From positions 1,124 to 65,123 of IMG/VR virus record IMGVR_UViG_3300028534_000028: a DNA stretch of 64,000 bases, one strand, 5' to 3'. The translations under genes were made by a program, and so were the position numbers. The notes under the pieces were generated by a model. That model was given only the letters and a program-made list of their open reading frames with translations. It was not told the DNA's origin and made no database searches. This stretch comes from a virus. The stretch's first letter is position 1. Each line of letters starts with the position of its first letter. Of this stretch, positions 60,341-64,000 are shown in pieces.

Positions 60341-61306
60341 ATTATACCTAGATATATTTTCCAAATGATTTAAAGAAGTTAAGTCATCATAAAATTTATA
60401 ATTTTTTTTTAAATATTTTTTACCTTTTAAATTATATTGGGCTTGAATAAAATTATCCAAATCTTTTGGAAGACATGCACCACCTACACCAAGTTTTCCA
60501 TCTCGCGCTATACTAAAAGTATTAAAACCATATGTATGTTCTTTTTGATACTGATTAAATCTTCTAAGATCCGTTTCAAATAAATCTGGAACAGTATTTA
60601 AAAACACAAAATGATTCATAAGCAACATATTTCTAAAATATTTGTATTCCATAACTTCTGTAAAAGTACCAGTACTATAATAATGAATACGGTGAATTAA
60701 AAATTTATTTAATACTTGAACAGCTTTTTCAATAAGAATTGGATCTCCTCCGAATAATGGGATTTCGGTACTAAAATCTTTTTCTGCAGTTCTGGCGTTT
60801 AAAAATTCTGGCCAAAAAATTAAATTAAAATTATCTAATTTTAATCCATGTTTTTTATAGAGATATTTTTCTAAAAGATTTGGAAGTACAGTACTTTTAA
60901 TTATCAGTATTCCTTTATAGTTAAAATCATGATAAGCTTTAAATAATTCGACTAAACCCTTTACCGATTTCTTACTACCAAATTTTTTAAAATTATTTTT
61001 ACCCGATACCGTATCTTCCTTATTTATTTTATCTGGAAAATAATCCGTATTAATAGTAATAATATTTAAATCGGTATCTAAGGTTTTTGCAAAATTATTT
61101 ATGTATTTATTTTCTAAAGAATAAATTTCGATACAATTTTTTAAAGTATTTTTTACATTTTTATAAATGGCTTGATTAACTACTCCAAAACCAACTAAAC
61201 CTATTTTAGTTAATCTTTGCTTAGATAAATCCTCAGTCTCTTCAATACTCTTGACTAATTTATCTAATGGTAATTCTATTTCTTCTTCCATTTTTTGATA
61301 ACCCAT
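60323..61306 (-). CDS. UDP-glucose/NDP-sugar 6-dehydrogenase-like protein, short phage form
   Basis: GLVGFGVV, IKSTVLP, PEFL, KYFRN, GVGGACLPKD; C-terminal substrate domain largely missing. Confidence 0.8.
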   Translation of the reverse strand: MGYQKMEEEIELPLDKLVKSIEETEDLSKQRLTKIGLVGFGVVNQAIYKNVKNTLKNCIEIYSLENKYINNFAKTLDTDLNIITINTDYFPDKINKEDTVSGKNNFKKFGSKKSVKGLVELFKAYHDFNYKGILIIKSTVLPNLLEKYLYKKHGLKLDNFNLIFWPEFLNARTAEKDFSTEIPLFGGDPILIEKAVQVLNKFLIHRIHYYSTGTFTEVMEYKYFRNMLLMNHFVFLNTVPDLFETDLRRFNQYQKEHTYGFNTFSIARDGKLGVGGACLPKDLDNFIQAQYNLKGKKYLKKNYKFYDDLTSLNHLENISRYNKTKRK

Positions 61307-61315
61307 TTTGATACC

Positions 61316-61933
61316 TTATAAAATAATATTAATATGATTCATAATTAAATTATGAATTTCATTTATTTCTAATGTAGCGTCGACTACTAAAACATTATGT
61401 CCAAATTCTTTCATTATTTCTAGTTCGTGTAAATACTTTTCACGAACTTCTGTTAATTTCTCTAAGTTTTCATATCTTTCTATATTTGTAAGATCGTTTT
61501 TATTTCTTTCCTGAATTCTTTTTAAACTATGGATAGGCTTCATATCTAGAAAAACCGTAAGATTTGGTTTTAATAAATCTCCAGTATCCATTTGCTTAGA
61601 ATTATATACTTTAGAACTTAAAGAATATCTAACACTTATATAATGTTTCTTATCTTCGGATATTGTTTTATAAATACCATTTTTAGTATTCCAAGTTTGA
61701 TAAATTCTATCAGTATGCATTAAATAAGATAAAAATAATTCCTCATCTGCTTTAATCATACTTGGGTTAATTAATTCTTCTCTGATTACTTCTTGAAGTT
61801 TTCCTTCTCTTGTTGGAGCATATCCTAAATAAGAATTTGGTAAAGCTTGGTGTAAAAGAGCTGCCTGAGTATCTTTCCCCGAACCATCTAAACCTTCAAT
61901 TACTATAAATTTTCCATTTTTTTCGTTTTCCAT
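61316..61933 (-). CDS. tmk: thymidylate kinase
   Basis: FIVIEGLDGSGKDTQ, VRYSLS, KPNLTVFLD, ERYE. Confidence 0.88.
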   Translation of the reverse strand: MENEKNGKFIVIEGLDGSGKDTQAALLHQALPNSYLGYAPTREGKLQEVIREELINPSMIKADEELFLSYLMHTDRIYQTWNTKNGIYKTISEDKKHYISVRYSLSSKVYNSKQMDTGDLLKPNLTVFLDMKPIHSLKRIQERNKNDLTNIERYENLEKLTEVREKYLHELEIMKEFGHNVLVVDATLEINEIHNLIMNHINIIL

Positions 61934-61963
61934 AAAATTTTTCCTTTAAATTACATGTGTTTT

Positions 61964-62070
61964 TATCTATAGTTAACTATCGATGGTATAACCATGTATA
62001 GTTATCTGTATAGATAACTATACTACTATTGATACCACGTGGTATTAATAGTTAACTATTAATAGTTATC
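61964..62070. repeat. dispersed palindromic element, copy 4
   Basis: TATCTATAGTTAACTATCGATGGTATAACCAT, TATAGATAACTATACTACTAT, ATACCACGTGGTAT, 22-bp palindrome 62043-62064. Confidence 0.8.
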
Positions 62071-62088
62071 CGTTTATTTTCCAAACCT

Positions 62089-63318
62089 TTAAATGCTTTT
62101 ACAATTAAGAAATTTAATATAACTTAGAATACTAGTAATCATTATCTTACTGTATCTATATTCATTTTGTGTACTAATATGTTTAGTATCCTCGTTTGGG
62201 ACATGTAATACATTAATAGCAATACTAGTATTAAATTTTTTAAGTTTATCGAAGTACTCATCTTTTCTCGAACTTGTAATTCTATTAGCTAAGACTTCCA
62301 TATTCATACCACATAATTCTTCTTCATTTCTTAATTTAAGACCATTTAAAAGTAATTCAATATAGTATTTTAAATCTTCTTTATTATTATCATCATCCAA
62401 GTACTGATCAATTTTTTGAATAACCTGATTACCCAAAAAGAATTTTTTATATAGCATATCTTTAATAGGACTTTTCTCAATTACTCTAGTTTTTAATAAA
62501 CCATTTTTTATAATTTTATCGGAAAGTCTTTCTATAATATTATTAAAGTGTTCTTTCTTTTCAATCATCTCACCAGAGTTTTCATAAGAAGTACTGTGAA
62601 GTTCATGTACTGATTCCGATTTACCTGATTCAACCGCTTTATAATAATTAGTAGCCAGGTTTTTAAATAGTTGATTATAACGACTTCTAATGGTAGTAAT
62701 AACTCTCTTTAAACCAGCGTAATGATGAGTAGGATCATTAGCAATCTCTTTTGGATAATTATTTTCTAGAGCAGGTAAAGTAACTTTCATAATATAATTT
62801 AATGGGCTACCGGCACTTTTAAAAGAATGATTACCTTGCAATTCATAATTCATTACGTATTGGCTAATTTTAGGATCACATATATTTGGGAAGAATCTAA
62901 GTTTATAATAATTCCAGATAAGAATACTTATAAGTAATAAAGCATATTGACGAAGTTCTTCATCATTGTTATCTAATCCAATTAAATAAGCCATACATAA
63001 AGTAGTGTAATAAGATTTGGTATATACTATAGAACCTTTTAAAGAAAATTGTTCCATTTCATGTTGTAATTGTCTTTCATTTACTCCATAAAGTTTTAAT
63101 AATAAATCCGGAAGTTTTTTAGAAACTGGAAAATAATCACAAAATGAAGTATGTTGCATACTATCCTGCATCACTTTATGACTAGCTAATTTTAAATAAC
63201 CATCCTTAAGTAATTGATAAGCATGTTTATCCGTTTTAAATTTATCCAAAATAGCAATAACCGTTGGGCTAATTTTAGAACGATTAAGTATTACAGGGTT
63301 TGATTTATAGTTTGACAT
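62089..63318 (-). CDS. hypothetical helical protein
   Basis: 409 aa, SD AAGGA. Confidence 0.75.
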   Translation of the reverse strand: MSNYKSNPVILNRSKISPTVIAILDKFKTDKHAYQLLKDGYLKLASHKVMQDSMQHTSFCDYFPVSKKLPDLLLKLYGVNERQLQHEMEQFSLKGSIVYTKSYYTTLCMAYLIGLDNNDEELRQYALLLISILIWNYYKLRFFPNICDPKISQYVMNYELQGNHSFKSAGSPLNYIMKVTLPALENNYPKEIANDPTHHYAGLKRVITTIRSRYNQLFKNLATNYYKAVESGKSESVHELHSTSYENSGEMIEKKEHFNNIIERLSDKIIKNGLLKTRVIEKSPIKDMLYKKFFLGNQVIQKIDQYLDDDNNKEDLKYYIELLLNGLKLRNEEELCGMNMEVLANRITSSRKDEYFDKLKKFNTSIAINVLHVPNEDTKHISTQNEYRYSKIMITSILSYIKFLNCKSI

Positions 63319-63371
63319 ATTATTCCTTTTTGTCTTGATGTTATTTTTATTTATAATATCTCTTTGTTTAA

Positions 63372-63430
63372 TATATCTATATAAGATGAGTATAGTTATC
63401 TATTCATCTATATAGAAATTGTATAGATAT
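63372..63430. repeat. degenerate copy 5 of the palindromic element
   Basis: TATCTATA, GTATAGTTATCT (identical at 61996-62007), GTATAGATAT. Confidence 0.5.
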
Positions 63431-63443
63431 AACATGCTAAAAT

Positions 63444-63479
63444 CCACAGGAAATCATTAGAGAATTTCTTCTCTAATGA
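63444..63479 (-). promoter_or_regulatory. hairpin + TCCTGTGG variant element
   Basis: TCATTAGAGAA-GAAA-TTCTCTAATGA, then TTTCCTGTGG on the - strand. Confidence 0.55.
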
Positions 63480-64000
63480 ATTAATACATTTAAAACTTCT
63501 TCGATATTTTCGAAATATCCTATTCGAATTATCCTTATATTATTCTCTAGACAATAAGTCGTTTTAATTTTATCTCGTTCTTGGGTCTTTTTTAATCCTT
63601 CTAAACCACCAAAATATTCAACCGGCTCGAAATGTTGTTTACCATCATATTCGATAACCGTATTTAAATCTTCTAGATAAAAATCAAATCGGTAATTATT
63701 AAAGAGGTTAACTTCTTGTTTATAAGATATATTATTCTCTTCGAGAAATTCTCGGACTTTTTTTTCGCCTTTTGATTCAGAATTTTCTTGAGCACATTGT
63801 GGACAACCCGAACCAGATATATGGTTATATGGAATTATAAAAAAACTTCCGTGTTTTGGACATATCAATTCTATCGGAGTATTGGAATTAATATAATTAA
63901 CTTTAGAATAATTATATTTATTACAATGAACTTTTTGAAAATTTGCAATATAATTTTTTTTCTTTAATTTTTCATTGTTACAATTTTTACAACCAGAACC
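63473..64000 (-). CDS. DUF723-like Zn-repeat / PD-(D/E)XK homing-type endonuclease, 5'-truncated by the window edge
   Basis: Frame open from 64000: GSGCKNC...KVHCNKYNYSKV...ICPKHGSF...RFDFYLEDLNTVIEYDGKQHF. Confidence 0.85.
   Translation of the reverse strand, partial: GSGCKNCNNEKLKKKNYIANFQKVHCNKYNYSKVNYINSNTPIELICPKHGSFFIIPYNHISGSGCPQCAQENSESKGEKKVREFLEENNISYKQEVNLFNNYRFDFYLEDLNTVIEYDGKQHFEPVEYFGGLEGLKKTQERDKIKTTYCLENNIRIIRIGYFENIEEVLNVLIH

Noticed and set aside
22571-62070. CRISPR array interpretation of the AT-rich repeats
   Set aside because: No constant-length repeat with unique spacers, no tandem periodicity and no cas genes
1-64000. Genome-wide stop-codon reassignment (TAG=Gln or TGA=Trp)
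   Set aside because: Multi-kb genes are intact under code 11; TAG and TGA end folE, the topoisomerase B subunit and many ATGA-coupled genes at natural positions; the Tad2 remnant also has an in-frame TAA
1-64000. tRNA or rRNA genes
   Set aside because: No cloverleaf, T-loop GTTCRA or rRNA-like GC-rich tract found in the intergenic gaps by eye

Overview
Very AT-rich, gene-dense 64 kb segment of a large (jumbo-type, probably myovirus-like) dsDNA phage genome. The long-form QueD suggests a Campylobacterota host (inference). Positions 1 to ~43.1 kb are a + strand block of metabolism, replication and accessory genes: QueD, FolE and QueC (7-deazaguanine/preQ0 synthesis), ThyX, a family-B DNA polymerase fragment between two homing-type endonucleases, two type II topoisomerase subunits, Mre11/SbcD, a circularly permuted SbcC/Rad50 and ClpB. 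This block also holds a set of nucleotide-signalling and counter-defence candidates: a JAB peptidase-like protein, a GGDEF cyclase, active and dead metallophosphoesterases, a Tad2-like pseudogene, NADAR, an Apyc1-like MBL hydrolase and an Acb1-like 2H phosphoesterase. Positions ~43.4-64 kb are a convergent - strand block with two giant coiled-coil fibre proteins, baseplate and tube-like proteins, an NDP-sugar dehydrogenase and thymidylate kinase. Non-coding structure includes a dispersed family of palindromic AT-rich elements and a recurring gene-end hairpin + TCCTGT(C/G)G motif. Several small genes carry stops or frameshifts. No tRNA, rRNA or CRISPR array was recognised. All family calls come from motif recognition by eye, not from database searches.
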